Positions 39,422 to 49,383 of a DNA stretch of 64,000 bases are shown here, one piece after another. The notes beneath the pieces are model-generated. The model searched no databases, was not told where the DNA came from, and saw only the letters and a list, made by a program, of their open reading frames with translations. The translations under genes were made by a program, and so were the position numbers. Source of the DNA: an uncultured Desulfobacter sp. (GTDB lineage Bacteria; Desulfobacterota; Desulfobacteria; Desulfobacterales; Desulfobacteraceae); contig OY762069.1 of assembly GCA_963665095.1 (NCBI GenBank), positions 3,040,001 through 3,104,000 of the forward strand, given 5' to 3'. Within the stretch, counting starts at the first letter, position 1, and the number at the start of each line of letters is the position of its first letter.

Positions 39422-40006
39422 TCAGGATCCCCTGACTCCTGTCATATACAGATCCACCAAAGGGTCTGCCATGGTCACCAGATCATAGCGCCCATGGGCA
39501 TTCACCCAGGTAGAGATCACCCCTTCCACCGCTCCAAGGATAAACCGCTTGACCAGTCCCACGAAAAGATCCTGGCGCATGGTTCCCTCAATCTGACCCT
39601 GCTCTATAATATCGGATAAAAGATCAAGGTACATCTTTGAAATATCCTTGATCTGTGACTCAATATCCCTTAAATATCTTACTTCGGATTGAAAAATGAT
39701 GGCCATGTTTTTATCGCTTTGAAATTCTTCAAGGTGGCAGCGGATCAGATTTCTCAACTTGCTTTCCGCATCGGTTCCCTTAACCACGGCCGCGTTCATT
39801 TTTTTAAACACAACATCTGTTTTAAAGCTGATAAACTGATAAAGAATATCGTCCTTATTCTTAAAGTAGAGATACAAGGTGCCGTCTGCCACACCTGCCC
39901 TGGCAGCAATCTGCGAGATTGTGGCTTTATAGAACCCATGTTCGGCAAACACGGCTCCGGCGCTGTTTAAAATATTGTGGTATTTCTCGGACTTATTCTT
40001 TTGCAA
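39422..40006 (-). CDS. TetR family regulator (FadR/YsiA-like)
   Basis: IL..A..VFAEHGF..ATISQIA..AGVADGTLYLYFKNKDDIL; TTG start after GGAG. Confidence 0.9.
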   Translation of the reverse strand: MQKNKSEKYHNILNSAGAVFAEHGFYKATISQIAARAGVADGTLYLYFKNKDDILYQFISFKTDVVFKKMNAAVVKGTDAESKLRNLIRCHLEEFQSDKNMAIIFQSEVRYLRDIESQIKDISKMYLDLLSDIIEQGQIEGTMRQDLFVGLVKRFILGAVEGVISTWVNAHGRYDLVTMADPLVDLYMTGVRGS

Positions 40007-40029
40007 CCTGTTGATCCTTCTCCTGCTAA

Positions 40030-40045
40030 ATGAATAATGGTTCAT
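40030..40045. promoter_or_regulatory. Putative TetR operator 2 (autoregulatory)
   Basis: ATGAAT-AATG-GTTCAT just downstream of a minus-strand TTGACA (40071-40076). Confidence 0.55.
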
Positions 40046-40201
40046 CCATCTAACATTAGATCCGCGCAAATGTCAAGCCCTGTAATAATTTTCAAAACAG
40101 AAGTAACCATGACAATATATTCAATACTTACAAGATATTAAAAAATATATATTATACCACATTCAAACCCGCCTGCCCGCATGTCCCTTCTTGACGGAGA
40201 C

Positions 40202-40217
40202 ATGAACATCCATTCAT
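40202..40217. promoter_or_regulatory. Putative TetR operator 3
   Basis: ATGAAC-ATCC-ATTCAT following TTGACG at 40191. Confidence 0.5.
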
Positions 40218-40536
40218 TTCAACTTTTCCTGTACACCCTAAATATGCGCGCGGATATCTAGGTGATTCAACTAAATCCAGTTGCGCATTGTCCGGGATTT
40301 CTTCCTTTTAACTGCCCCCGAATTTACCTATACCATTTAATCAGCATGGAACAAGGTTAAATATGATTATTTTATAGCTATGAGTGCTGTCAAGAAAAAA
40401 ATTGCTCCTGTAAAAATAAAATAGAGGCTCATTTCTTTTATTGAACTTGATTTTAGGTTATTTTAATGTAAAAAAAATTAAGATTCCTAACCATTCTTAA
40501 AGAGCAATATCTTAATACATACGGGAGGATTTCATC

Positions 40537-41823
40537 ATGACCCATCTACAATCCGAAGAATACTGCAAACTATTAGATTATGGCAGACCCCCAAATATTA
40601 AAAAATGTTTTCCAAACTCCAAAGCGCTGATTGTCAGCGGTAAGTATGTTGACCGGGCCATGCTGGCCAAGGGCAGTTGCATGACCATTGCCGCAAACGG
40701 CAGAAATGCGTTTATCATTAAAGGTGCCCTGGCAGCAGCCCAGCGGGCCAATGCCGCCATTATCATTGAAATTGCCAGGTCCGAGGGTGGAACCGGTGCT
40801 TACTGCGCCACTTCCCTGTGGAATATTGCCCGCCAGACCGATGCATACATGAATGAAATGGGCATTACAGTTCCCGTAGCCATCCATGCCGACCATTTCG
40901 GCATCAAAAAACCCGAAGATGTCGAACCGGCCAAAACTGAAATCCGCTCTTTATTTGACGCCGGCATTACCTCCATTGCCATTGACGCCTCCCACATGCC
41001 TGATGACCAGAATCTTCTGGCCAATATTGAACTGTATCCCCAAGTGCCTGAATGGGCCGGCCTTGAAACCGAAGTGGGTGAAATCAAAGGTAAAGAAGGC
41101 CTTTCAACATCCGAAGAGGCCCTGTACCTCATCCAGGGACTTAACGCCCACGGCATTTTTCCGGACTGGATTGCGTTGAATAACGGAACCACCCACGGCA
41201 TTGAACAAAGTGACGCCGGTATTAATGTGGCACTTACCGCCCAGATTCATGATGCACTGACGCCCTACGGTGTATCAGGTGCCCAGCATGGCACTTCAGG
41301 AAACAATTCCGACCGGCTGCGCCAGATCGCCAAAGAGACCCGGACCACCAAGGCCAATGTGGCAACCGCCCTGCAGATGATCTCCTGGGGATTGCGGGTC
41401 AACGATTACGGCAACGCCATCATGGATGACCAGGGCAACTTCACCAAAGAACCCGGCAAAGGGGTAACCCGGACCACCTGGGAAAAAATGTGCGCTTACG
41501 CCAATGCCAATGGCTGGAAAAAAGGCAATTTCAAAAAGCTGAACCTTCCCTTCGAAAACATGCTGCAGGCCCAGGATGCCCCGATTCGGGAACGGATGGT
41601 CAAAGGAGTGGAAGAGTTTATCTTTACACTGCTGACAACGGTATTCAATGCCTCAGACACCGCTGATATTGTGAATGCGACTATTATGGAGACCCAGTCA
41701 CACTTTCCCGGATTCAAGGCAGAAAAAATTGAGGCGGAAAATGAATGGACTAAAGAAAAAATAATTTCAAAAGCTTCCAAGATAACTGCGGATAAAGGCC
41801 CCGAAGGAGATTTTGATGATTAA
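40537..41823 (+). CDS. fba: Class II fructose-bisphosphate aldolase
   Basis: VAIHADH, IDASH, ETEVGEI, NGTTHG, AQHGTSG, KANVAT. Confidence 0.9.
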   Translation: MTHLQSEEYCKLLDYGRPPNIKKCFPNSKALIVSGKYVDRAMLAKGSCMTIAANGRNAFIIKGALAAAQRANAAIIIEIARSEGGTGAYCATSLWNIARQTDAYMNEMGITVPVAIHADHFGIKKPEDVEPAKTEIRSLFDAGITSIAIDASHMPDDQNLLANIELYPQVPEWAGLETEVGEIKGKEGLSTSEEALYLIQGLNAHGIFPDWIALNNGTTHGIEQSDAGINVALTAQIHDALTPYGVSGAQHGTSGNNSDRLRQIAKETRTTKANVATALQMISWGLRVNDYGNAIMDDQGNFTKEPGKGVTRTTWEKMCAYANANGWKKGNFKKLNLPFENMLQAQDAPIRERMVKGVEEFIFTLLTTVFNASDTADIVNATIMETQSHFPGFKAEKIEAENEWTKEKIISKASKITADKGPEGDFDD

Positions 41824-41834
41824 GGAATTTTTTC

Positions 41835-41862
41835 TAAAGTTTTAATTTCACCAGGCCGATAT
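41835..41862 (+). promoter_or_regulatory. Sigma28 (FliA) promoter
   Basis: TAAAG-N15-GCCGATAT upstream of the flgM operon. Confidence 0.75.
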
Positions 41863-41884
41863 TGGTTTTAAGGAGAAAATTAAA

Positions 41885-42307
41885 ATGCAGATTCCTTCAT
41901 ATCAAATACAAAATGTCTTGAAAGTGTATTCAAGACAATTCAGCCAGGGCAAACTGCTGAGCAAAAATAAATTCAGCGATGCCAACAAGGTTTCTGCGGA
42001 CAGTGTCAGTATCTCATCAGAAGGAAAACGGCAGGCCATTATCGATAAAGTTGCCAGCAATATTGTCGATAAAATTATTACAGAAGGCCCCAAGGAACAG
42101 GATGAGGCACAGATAACCGACCAGATTGAAAAAGAACTGGGCAAAAAAATTGATTTCACCAAAGGCAGGAATCAATTTACATACACCTCAGTTGATGAAA
42201 ACAATAATAAGGTTGTCCAGACCCTTTCCGTGGAAGACTCTCAGTTTGTTGTCGAAAGGATGACTGAACTGGCCCGCCAGGTGGCTGATACAAACATGGA
42301 ATCTTGA
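41885..42307 (+). CDS. FlgM-associated protein (DVU0524-like)
   Basis: IPSYQIQNVLKVYSRQ..DSVSISSEGKRQAIIDKVA; directly upstream of flgM. Confidence 0.7.
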   Translation: MQIPSYQIQNVLKVYSRQFSQGKLLSKNKFSDANKVSADSVSISSEGKRQAIIDKVASNIVDKIITEGPKEQDEAQITDQIEKELGKKIDFTKGRNQFTYTSVDENNNKVVQTLSVEDSQFVVERMTELARQVADTNMES

Positions 42308-42322
42308 GGGGGAGTGTTTAAT

Positions 42323-42628
42323 ATGAAAATCACAAATAACACACAGCAGTATATCAATCAAAGCTACGCTGCCAATAACACCAACACGGCTGTAAATACA
42401 CCGACAGATCAGGAAAAACAGCCGGAAGAGACTCTTTCTGACAGCATCAACCTGTCTTCCACCACCCGGGATCTTCAAAAAATTTCTGCGGCCGCGGACA
42501 CTGAAACAGAAGACAGAGCCCAAAAAGTCGAAGCGCTTAAACAGCAGGTTCAGGCCAATCAGTACACCGTAAACGCGGAACAGGTAGCAGAAAAAATGAT
42601 CGGGTCCATTGTGGATGGAATCGGCTGA
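42323..42628 (+). CDS. flgM: Anti-sigma28 factor FlgM
   Basis: DSINLS..R.QKVEALKQQV...Y.VNAEQVAEKMI. Confidence 0.88.
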   Translation: MKITNNTQQYINQSYAANNTNTAVNTPTDQEKQPEETLSDSINLSSTTRDLQKISAAADTETEDRAQKVEALKQQVQANQYTVNAEQVAEKMIGSIVDGIG

Positions 42629-42764
42629 TCTGGCGGCAGTTTTTTCCCTGTTTTGCAAACCAGACACCCTATTTTACATGAAGCCGCTTTTAATCCTATT
42701 GTAACATATTTATTTTAAATGAATTTTATAACAAAAAATATCAGGCAAGCCGAAATACTAAAAT

Positions 42765-42780
42765 CGGCATACTTGTTGCA
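42765..42780 (+). promoter_or_regulatory. Sigma54 promoter
   Basis: CGGCAT-ACTTG-TTGCA (GG-N10-GC), 35 bp before ATG 42816. Confidence 0.7.
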
Positions 42781-42815
42781 TTGTTTCTTCTTTAAGAAAA
42801 ATAAAGGAGGGCAAA

Positions 42816-43274
42816 ATGACAAACATAAATAACATTCAGGGTGTAACCCAGATACTTGACAGTCAGTCCAAGCAGGTATCCGGGACCAGTGGACAGGGCC
42901 AGGGTTTTGAATCAATTCTTAACTCGGCACTTGAGAGCACACAGAGCAGTGATGAGGCCGGCGAGGTAAGTGAACTTGGTGAAATCACGGCGCCTGAGTT
43001 TAACCTGGAAACCTCTTCTTCAATTGTTACAAATAAAACCGACAAACTGCTGACCATGCTGGAAAACTATGCATCTCAACTGGATGATACCAGTGTTTCT
43101 TTGAAAAATATCGAGCCTGTGCTTGAAGAGATCAATGCGGATGCGACATCCTTATTAGAAGAGACTTTATCTCTTGGAGAAGATGACCAGGGATTAATAG
43201 ATATTGCCACCAGCACCGCTGTCACAGCCAAGACAGAATATTTGAAATTTCAAAGGGGCGACTACCTCTCCTGA
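42816..43274 (+). CDS. Hypothetical acidic protein, probably flagellum-associated
   Basis: GGAGG RBS; C-terminal KFQRGDY; sigma54 promoter; next to flgM. Confidence 0.7.
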   Translation: MTNINNIQGVTQILDSQSKQVSGTSGQGQGFESILNSALESTQSSDEAGEVSELGEITAPEFNLETSSSIVTNKTDKLLTMLENYASQLDDTSVSLKNIEPVLEEINADATSLLEETLSLGEDDQGLIDIATSTAVTAKTEYLKFQRGDYLS

Positions 43275-43295
43275 ACTTTCTTTCAAACAATATTA

Positions 43296-43338
43296 AAAAG
43301 GCCCGTTGTTTTGGTATGAACCGGAATAACAGGCCTTT
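43296..43338. terminator. Probable bidirectional terminator
   Basis: AAAGGCC.GTTGTT..GGT-loop-ACCGGAATAAC.GGCCTTT between convergent genes. Confidence 0.5.
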
Positions 43339-43363
43339 GAATTCTGACTCAGACTGTTACAGG

Positions 43364-44182
43364 CTACCCTTGTTTTTCTTCTTCATACACACCTTTTTTC
43401 ATACACACCTTTTTGGCTGCCTGCCAATGAACTTCTTTTTCTTCCGGCGACATCTGTTTTAAATCAAGCCCCTGCTTTTCAAGGTCTGCCTCCATGGTCC
43501 GGAACCGGTCCTCAAATTTGGCAGTAGACCGATACAGGGCGCTTTCCGGATGAAACCCGGCAAATCTTGCCACATTCACAAGAGAAAAAAGGATATCACC
43601 AAACTCAACCATGGCCTCATCTTTACTGGCAGAGGCAACGGCAGACTCAAACTCCCGGATCTCTGAAACAGCGGTTTCCAGTACCTGATCCATATTCTCC
43701 CAGTCAAATCCGGCCTTTACAGCAGCCTTGGACACCTTCAAAGCCCTGACCAGTCCAGGCATACCACCGGGCACACCGTCAAGAACAGACTTCCTTTGAA
43801 ACCGGCCGGAATGATTCTTCTCCCTGGATTTGATAGCCTCCCACTGTTTATTCAATCCATCTTCTGATGTTATCTCACTGTCACCATATACATGGGGATG
43901 ACGGCGGATCATTTTCTCTGCCACAGTATTGACTACCCGGTTAAAGGGAATTCTGCCGCTGTCTGCATATATCTCCATGATAAAAAGCACCTGAAACAGG
44001 ACATCGCCAAGTTCTTCTGTAATATTATCCGGATCATCTTTAACAATGGCCTCTTCCAGTTCGTACAGCTCTTCTGCCAGGCACTTCCACATGGTTACAG
44101 GCGTCTGTTTCCTATCCCATGAGCACCCGTTTTTTCCCCGAAGCCGTCGAATAATTTCAAGGATGGGGATTATTGTTTCCAC
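43364..44182 (-). CDS. mazG: Nucleoside triphosphate pyrophosphohydrolase MazG
   Basis: GCSWDRKQT, EELYE, EELGDVLFQ, KMIRRHPHVY, EFGDILF. Confidence 0.95.
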   Translation of the reverse strand: METIIPILEIIRRLRGKNGCSWDRKQTPVTMWKCLAEELYELEEAIVKDDPDNITEELGDVLFQVLFIMEIYADSGRIPFNRVVNTVAEKMIRRHPHVYGDSEITSEDGLNKQWEAIKSREKNHSGRFQRKSVLDGVPGGMPGLVRALKVSKAAVKAGFDWENMDQVLETAVSEIREFESAVASASKDEAMVEFGDILFSLVNVARFAGFHPESALYRSTAKFEDRFRTMEADLEKQGLDLKQMSPEEKEVHWQAAKKVCMKKGVYEEEKQG

Positions 44183-44691
44183 GTTTTTCTTAATCCTTCC
44201 AGTTTACTGCTGAAATCCGTTTTAATGTTCTGGGAAATAAACAGGGTCAGGGCATCAGCCACCTGGGCAAGATAGGGAGCGGTTCGGGAAGCCTCCATCT
44301 GGTTGGTACCGCCGGGCACAAAGGTTGTTGCCATGATAAAGATCACCGTTGCAATCAGCAAACCTTTGGCAGCCCCGAAAATAACCCCGAAGGTTCTGTC
44401 CACCCAGCCTAAAAATACGATGTGCAGCAGCTTTCGTATCAAAAATGCCAAAAGTCCCACAACGATTAAAATCAGACAAAACAGTGCAAAAAAACAAACC
44501 AGTTTTTGGATCTGAGCAGAAGTAATCCATGACTCAACATAGGGGATCAGACGGGGATAATAGGTATTGGCCCCATAAAAACCAGCCACCACCCCCACAA
44601 TGCCGGATACTTCCCGGACAAGCCCTTTAAAGCCTCCCCGTACAAGGCAGAACCCCACAATAACCAATACGCTGAGATCAAAAAAATTCAT
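44170..44691 (-). CDS. cvpA: CvpA family membrane protein
   Basis: MNFFD..RG..KGLVRE..DRTFG..FG..KG. Confidence 0.9.
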   Translation of the reverse strand: MNFFDLSVLVIVGFCLVRGGFKGLVREVSGIVGVVAGFYGANTYYPRLIPYVESWITSAQIQKLVCFFALFCLILIVVGLLAFLIRKLLHIVFLGWVDRTFGVIFGAAKGLLIATVIFIMATTFVPGGTNQMEASRTAPYLAQVADALTLFISQNIKTDFSSKLEGLRKTWKQ

Positions 44692-44810
44692 GTCTTCCCT
44701 CAATGGTTTATTAAGGTATAGCTGATAAAGTGTAAACAGATAACAGGACGACCCGTTCCCAGTCAAGATTTTTATTGACCTTTAACAACAGAAAATGCAC
44801 CCTATAGCCC

Positions 44811-45755
44811 ATGAAAAATCTGGAGTTTCAAAATTTGGCCCAGGCCCAGAAACTGTTCGGCACCCACAATGCCAACCTGGATAAAATTGCCAGGGCCTTT
44901 GATGTAAAAATCAATTCCCGGGGCAGTTCCCTTACCATCAGCGGTGCAGACAAAAAAACAGATAAGGTGTTAGACCTGATCAACCAGCTCTTCATGCTTT
45001 TGGAAGACAAATTCAGGCTCACCCCGCCGGTTCTTGACGCAGCCATTAATGCAGTAAAACAGGGCTGTCCTTTTCCCTTAAAACAAATTTTCGGCACCAT
45101 TTTACTGGTAACGTCAAAAAACAAGCCCATCACCCCCCGGACACCCACCCAGCTGGCATATGCCCGGGCAATAGAGAACAGCGACATTCTTTTCGGTATC
45201 GGCCCGGCCGGCACCGGCAAGACCTACCTTGCCATGGCCATGGCAGTGGCAGCCTTTAACAGAGGCGATGTAAAAAAAATTATTCTAACCCGTCCTGCCG
45301 TGGAAGCAGGTGAAGCCTTAGGCTTTCTTCCCGGAGATCTGGCGGAAAAAATCAACCCCTATCTGCGGCCTCTTTACGATGCCCTGTATGATATGCTTGA
45401 TTTTGAAAAGGCCAGGGCCTATATTGAACAGGATATCATTGAAATTGCACCCATTGCATTTATGAGGGGACGGACTCTGAATAACGCGTTCATTATTCTG
45501 GATGAAGCCCAGAATACAACCTCTGAGCAGATGAAAATGTTTCTGACCCGAATCGGATACGGATCAAAAGCTATTATCACCGGAGACATTACCCAAACGG
45601 ACCTCCCGGGGGGAAAACGTTCCGGGCTCGTGGAGGCCAGAAAACTGCTTGCCCGGATAAAGGGTATTTCATTTATAGAATTTTCCAAGGAAGATGTTGT
45701 CAGACACCGGCTGGTATCGAACATCATAGATGCCTATGAAAAAAGCAAGCAATGA
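44811..45755 (+). CDS. phoH: PhoH-like ATPase (YbeZ)
   Basis: GPAGTGKT, RPAVEAGE.LGFLPG, FMRGRT, DEAQN, GDITQ. Confidence 0.95.
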   Translation: MKNLEFQNLAQAQKLFGTHNANLDKIARAFDVKINSRGSSLTISGADKKTDKVLDLINQLFMLLEDKFRLTPPVLDAAINAVKQGCPFPLKQIFGTILLVTSKNKPITPRTPTQLAYARAIENSDILFGIGPAGTGKTYLAMAMAVAAFNRGDVKKIILTRPAVEAGEALGFLPGDLAEKINPYLRPLYDALYDMLDFEKARAYIEQDIIEIAPIAFMRGRTLNNAFIILDEAQNTTSEQMKMFLTRIGYGSKAIITGDITQTDLPGGKRSGLVEARKLLARIKGISFIEFSKEDVVRHRLVSNIIDAYEKSKQ

Positions 45756-48117
45756 AGGAGGGTTCAAAAAGACAGGACATTCCCTGTCCCCTGCCAGATA
45801 CCTTCCTGTGGTTATGTTCCTGCTGGTCGTGGTAATGTTTACCGCCGTCCAGGCCCTTGATGACCACACTGTTGAATCCTATGATTACAAAATCGGTGAT
45901 GTAGCCGGCCGGGATATCAAAGCCCCCAAAGATTTCTTCATCGAAGATAAAGCCACCAACCTTGCCAAGATGGATCAGGTCAAGGGCGCCATTAAAACCG
46001 TATACGATTTTGATGAAAACCTGCTTAAAAATATCACCGCCAGCATCACATCGGCCATGGATTTCGGCCGCCAGATGTTCCCTCCCCGGGACAACTCTTT
46101 AGGGATCAGCACCCCGGCCATTGAGGAACCCACCCTGGCCATGGCACTTACGTTCAAACCTGAATTTGAAAAAAAACTTGGCATAGAAATGTCAAAGGGC
46201 GCTTTTCAGATTCTGTTTAAAGAAAAATTTTCAGAAGAGGTCACTGAATATATCACAGCCATTGTCGGTGACATCCTCACCAACGGGGTAGTGGCCAACA
46301 AAGAGATACTTCTGGCTGAAGAGGAAAAGGGCGTAACGCTTCGAACCATCCAGTCCAACAAGGAACGTGTGATCACCAACCTCAAGGTGTTTTACGGCCC
46401 TGACCAGGCAAAAACCATGGTCAGGATTGTGGGCCAGCCCATCCTCAAAGATGTTAACTACAGCCTGTCCAATCTGGTTGTGGATATCTGTCAACGGCTT
46501 TTACGCCCCAATATCACCCTGAACAAAAATGAGACGGAGAAACGCATCCAGGAGGCCCAGGCCCAGATCAAACCCACCCTTTACCAGATCAAGGCTGGAG
46601 AAATGATCATTCGGGAAGGTGAACGGGTGGACAATCTCAAACTGATCAAACTCAACTCCCTGAACCAGCAGGTTGAAGAAAAAGACACCGTATTGACCAT
46701 TACCAGCATCTTCATCTTTACCAGTGTACTGCTGCTCGTGGTTTATTTTCTTTTTCTGAAGGACCACCCCAGGCTGGCCCGGGGTATGAACAAGCATATG
46801 CTGTTCCTGACCCTTGGACTTCTGCTGTATATCGGATTTACCGAACTTACCGTGTACATTGCCCACTCCTCAAATCCGGAAGTGTCGGAGCAGCTGGCCT
46901 CAAGGGCTGTTTACATGGTGGTGCCGCTGCCTGCAGCCGCCATGATCACCTGCCTTTTTCTGGGTTTTGATATTGCCCTGTATTTTTCCGTGGTTCTTTG
47001 CATATTATGCACCATCTCTTTTGGCGGTGGTTTTCAGGTGTTTTTATTCTTTTTCCTGTCCAGCATAACAGCCGCTTACTGGATTAAGGAACGCAACGAA
47101 CGCTACCATTTTATAGTAGCCGGATTCAAACTGGCACTGTTCAACGCCTGTCTGGCCATTGCGCTGGGCTTTATCCTGCCCATCCAGCTCCCCCCCATGC
47201 TCCTGCTCAAGCAGATTACCATGGCGGTGGGCGGCGGCGTGTTTGCCGCCATCCTTACGGTGGGATTTACCCCGCTGATTGAGGTACTGTTTAATTACAC
47301 CACGGCGGCCAAACTGCTGGAGTTCTCCAATCTGGACCAGCCGCTGATTAAAAAACTGATGATTGAAGCCCCCGGCACCTATAACCATAGCGTCATCGTG
47401 GCCACACTGTCTGAAGCAGCCGCATCTGCCATTAACGCAGACAGCCTTAAAGCCAAGGTCATGGGATATTACCATGATATCGGCAAGCTGGATAAGACCA
47501 TGTATTTTATTGAAAACCAGTCCGACGGGCGGAACCGGCACGATAAACTCTCCCCTTCCATGTCTGCGCTCATTCTCATTGGCCATGTCAAAAAAGGGGT
47601 GGAACTGGCCAGGAAACACAAACTTGGCAACGAAATTATCGAAGGCATTATCCAGCACCATGGCACGTCTCTGATCAAATATTTTTACAATAAGAGTCTG
47701 AAATCAGGGAATGAAAACGTGAATGAAGAAGACTTCAGATATCCCGGACCCAAACCCCAGACCCGGGAGGCCGGTATTGTGATGCTCGCTGATGTATCTG
47801 AAGCAGCGGTCAGGGCCCTTGAACGGCCGACATCAGCCAGGATCAAAGGCCGGGTAAAAGAGTTGATCAACGACATCTTTGCAGACGGCCAGCTCGAAGA
47901 GTGCGAGATGACATTAAAGGACCTCCATCAGATCGCCAAAAGCTTTAATAATATTCTAACGTCCATTTACCACAACCGTATTGAATATCCCGATAAAACC
48001 CAGGAAAAGAAAAATGGGAAACCTAAGGATACTGATAGACAACCGCCAAGAGGAGATACTCCCAACAGCTCCCCTTCACAAAAAGACCGAACAGATCTTA
48101 AACGCCTTGGGCTGTGA
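45730..48117 (+). CDS. 7TM-HD phosphohydrolase (PgpH-like cyclic dinucleotide phosphodiesterase)
   Basis: Extracellular domain, 7 TMs, APGTYNHS, YHDIGK, HHGT, FRYPGPKP, MLAD; phoH-HD-ybeY order. Confidence 0.88.
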   Translation: MPMKKASNEGGFKKTGHSLSPARYLPVVMFLLVVVMFTAVQALDDHTVESYDYKIGDVAGRDIKAPKDFFIEDKATNLAKMDQVKGAIKTVYDFDENLLKNITASITSAMDFGRQMFPPRDNSLGISTPAIEEPTLAMALTFKPEFEKKLGIEMSKGAFQILFKEKFSEEVTEYITAIVGDILTNGVVANKEILLAEEEKGVTLRTIQSNKERVITNLKVFYGPDQAKTMVRIVGQPILKDVNYSLSNLVVDICQRLLRPNITLNKNETEKRIQEAQAQIKPTLYQIKAGEMIIREGERVDNLKLIKLNSLNQQVEEKDTVLTITSIFIFTSVLLLVVYFLFLKDHPRLARGMNKHMLFLTLGLLLYIGFTELTVYIAHSSNPEVSEQLASRAVYMVVPLPAAAMITCLFLGFDIALYFSVVLCILCTISFGGGFQVFLFFFLSSITAAYWIKERNERYHFIVAGFKLALFNACLAIALGFILPIQLPPMLLLKQITMAVGGGVFAAILTVGFTPLIEVLFNYTTAAKLLEFSNLDQPLIKKLMIEAPGTYNHSVIVATLSEAAASAINADSLKAKVMGYYHDIGKLDKTMYFIENQSDGRNRHDKLSPSMSALILIGHVKKGVELARKHKLGNEIIEGIIQHHGTSLIKYFYNKSLKSGNENVNEEDFRYPGPKPQTREAGIVMLADVSEAAVRALERPTSARIKGRVKELINDIFADGQLEECEMTLKDLHQIAKSFNNILTSIYHNRIEYPDKTQEKKNGKPKDTDRQPPRGDTPNSSPSQKDRTDLKRLGL

Positions 48118-48478
48118 TGACCATGAGATCTCCATTCTGATCACGGATGACGCCCAGGTCCGCGAACTGAACCGGACCTACCGGGGTAAAGACAAGGCCA
48201 CCAATGTGCTGTCATTTCCCATGCAGGAAGGCGAATTTTCAGACATTACGCCGGGCCTCTTAGGCGACGTTGTTATATCCCTTGAAACGGCCCGGTCAGA
48301 AGCGGTTCAGGCCGACATCTCGCTGGAGGAGCGCATGTCACAGCTGCTTATCCATGGCATCTTGCACCTGCTCGGCTTTGACCATGAAAGAGGTGAGGCC
48401 CAGGCCCGGCAGATGGAAGAAAAAAGCCTGGCACTGCTTCGTCTCATAGAACAGAATCCGGCTCTTGACGCATTTTAA
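48014..48478 (+). CDS. ybeY: rRNA maturation endoribonuclease YbeY
   Basis: LNRTYRGKD..TNVLSF, LGDVVIS, HGILHLLGFDH. Confidence 0.95.
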   Translation: MGNLRILIDNRQEEILPTAPLHKKTEQILNALGCDDHEISILITDDAQVRELNRTYRGKDKATNVLSFPMQEGEFSDITPGLLGDVVISLETARSEAVQADISLEERMSQLLIHGILHLLGFDHERGEAQARQMEEKSLALLRLIEQNPALDAF

Positions 48479-48495
48479 TTTAGAAAGGATTTAAA

Positions 48496-49215
48496 ATGGC
48501 TGAATTGGCAGTAAATGTAGACCATGTGGCAACCCTGCGGCAGGCAAGGGGCGCCAAATATCCGGAACCGGTTCAGGCAGCTCTGGCCGCTGAAACCGCA
48601 GGGGCTGATGCCATTGTGGTACATCTCAGGGAGGACCGGCGGCATATTCAGGAACGGGATGTCCGTCTCCTTTCCCAAACCATTAAAACCAGATTGATCC
48701 TTGAAATGGCAGCCACCAGTGAGATGATAGGCATTGCTCTGGATATCAAGCCTGACACTGTCACCCTGGTACCGGAAAAACGGGAAGAACTGACCACTGA
48801 AGGCGGACTGGACGTGATCACCCATAAGGATCATATCCGTGAAGCGCTATCTACCTTAAAAAACGCCGGGATGAAGGTCTGCATTTTCATTGACCCGGAT
48901 CTGGACCAGATAAAGACAGCCCACAACATTGACGCGGACTCCATTGAAATTCATACCGGTGCGTTTTGTGATGCAACAACCGATTTTAACCGGGAAAGAG
49001 AATTCGCACGCATCGTGGATGCAGCAAAAATTGGTACCCGGCTTAATTTGGGGGTCCATGCAGGGCACGGTATCTGCTATCACACCATCAAGGCGTTTAA
49101 AGGCCTGTCTGAAATCAGGGAATACAGCATTGGACATGCCATTATATCAAAAGCAGTGATAACAGGGATGGACACAGCTGTCAGAGACATGGTGCAATTA
49201 ATTAAGGAGCTTTAG
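48496..49215 (+). CDS. pdxJ: Pyridoxine 5'-phosphate synthase
   Basis: VNVDHVATLRQAR, HLREDRRHI, TTEGGLD, AGHG, IGHAI. Confidence 0.97.
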   Translation: MAELAVNVDHVATLRQARGAKYPEPVQAALAAETAGADAIVVHLREDRRHIQERDVRLLSQTIKTRLILEMAATSEMIGIALDIKPDTVTLVPEKREELTTEGGLDVITHKDHIREALSTLKNAGMKVCIFIDPDLDQIKTAHNIDADSIEIHTGAFCDATTDFNREREFARIVDAAKIGTRLNLGVHAGHGICYHTIKAFKGLSEIREYSIGHAIISKAVITGMDTAVRDMVQLIKEL

Positions 49216-49383
49216 TTTTAATTATTGTCAAAGGTCTGGTATATTTCAGAAAGAGACGGGCTTTGACCCTCCGTATTCAGGTCATGGCCCGGACAGAAGA
49301 CTTAATTTATCCCAAGCATAAATGCAAGTCTTTCTTGATAAACATTCTTTATTTTAGCAGGTTAATTATTTCAAAAAATCGTT

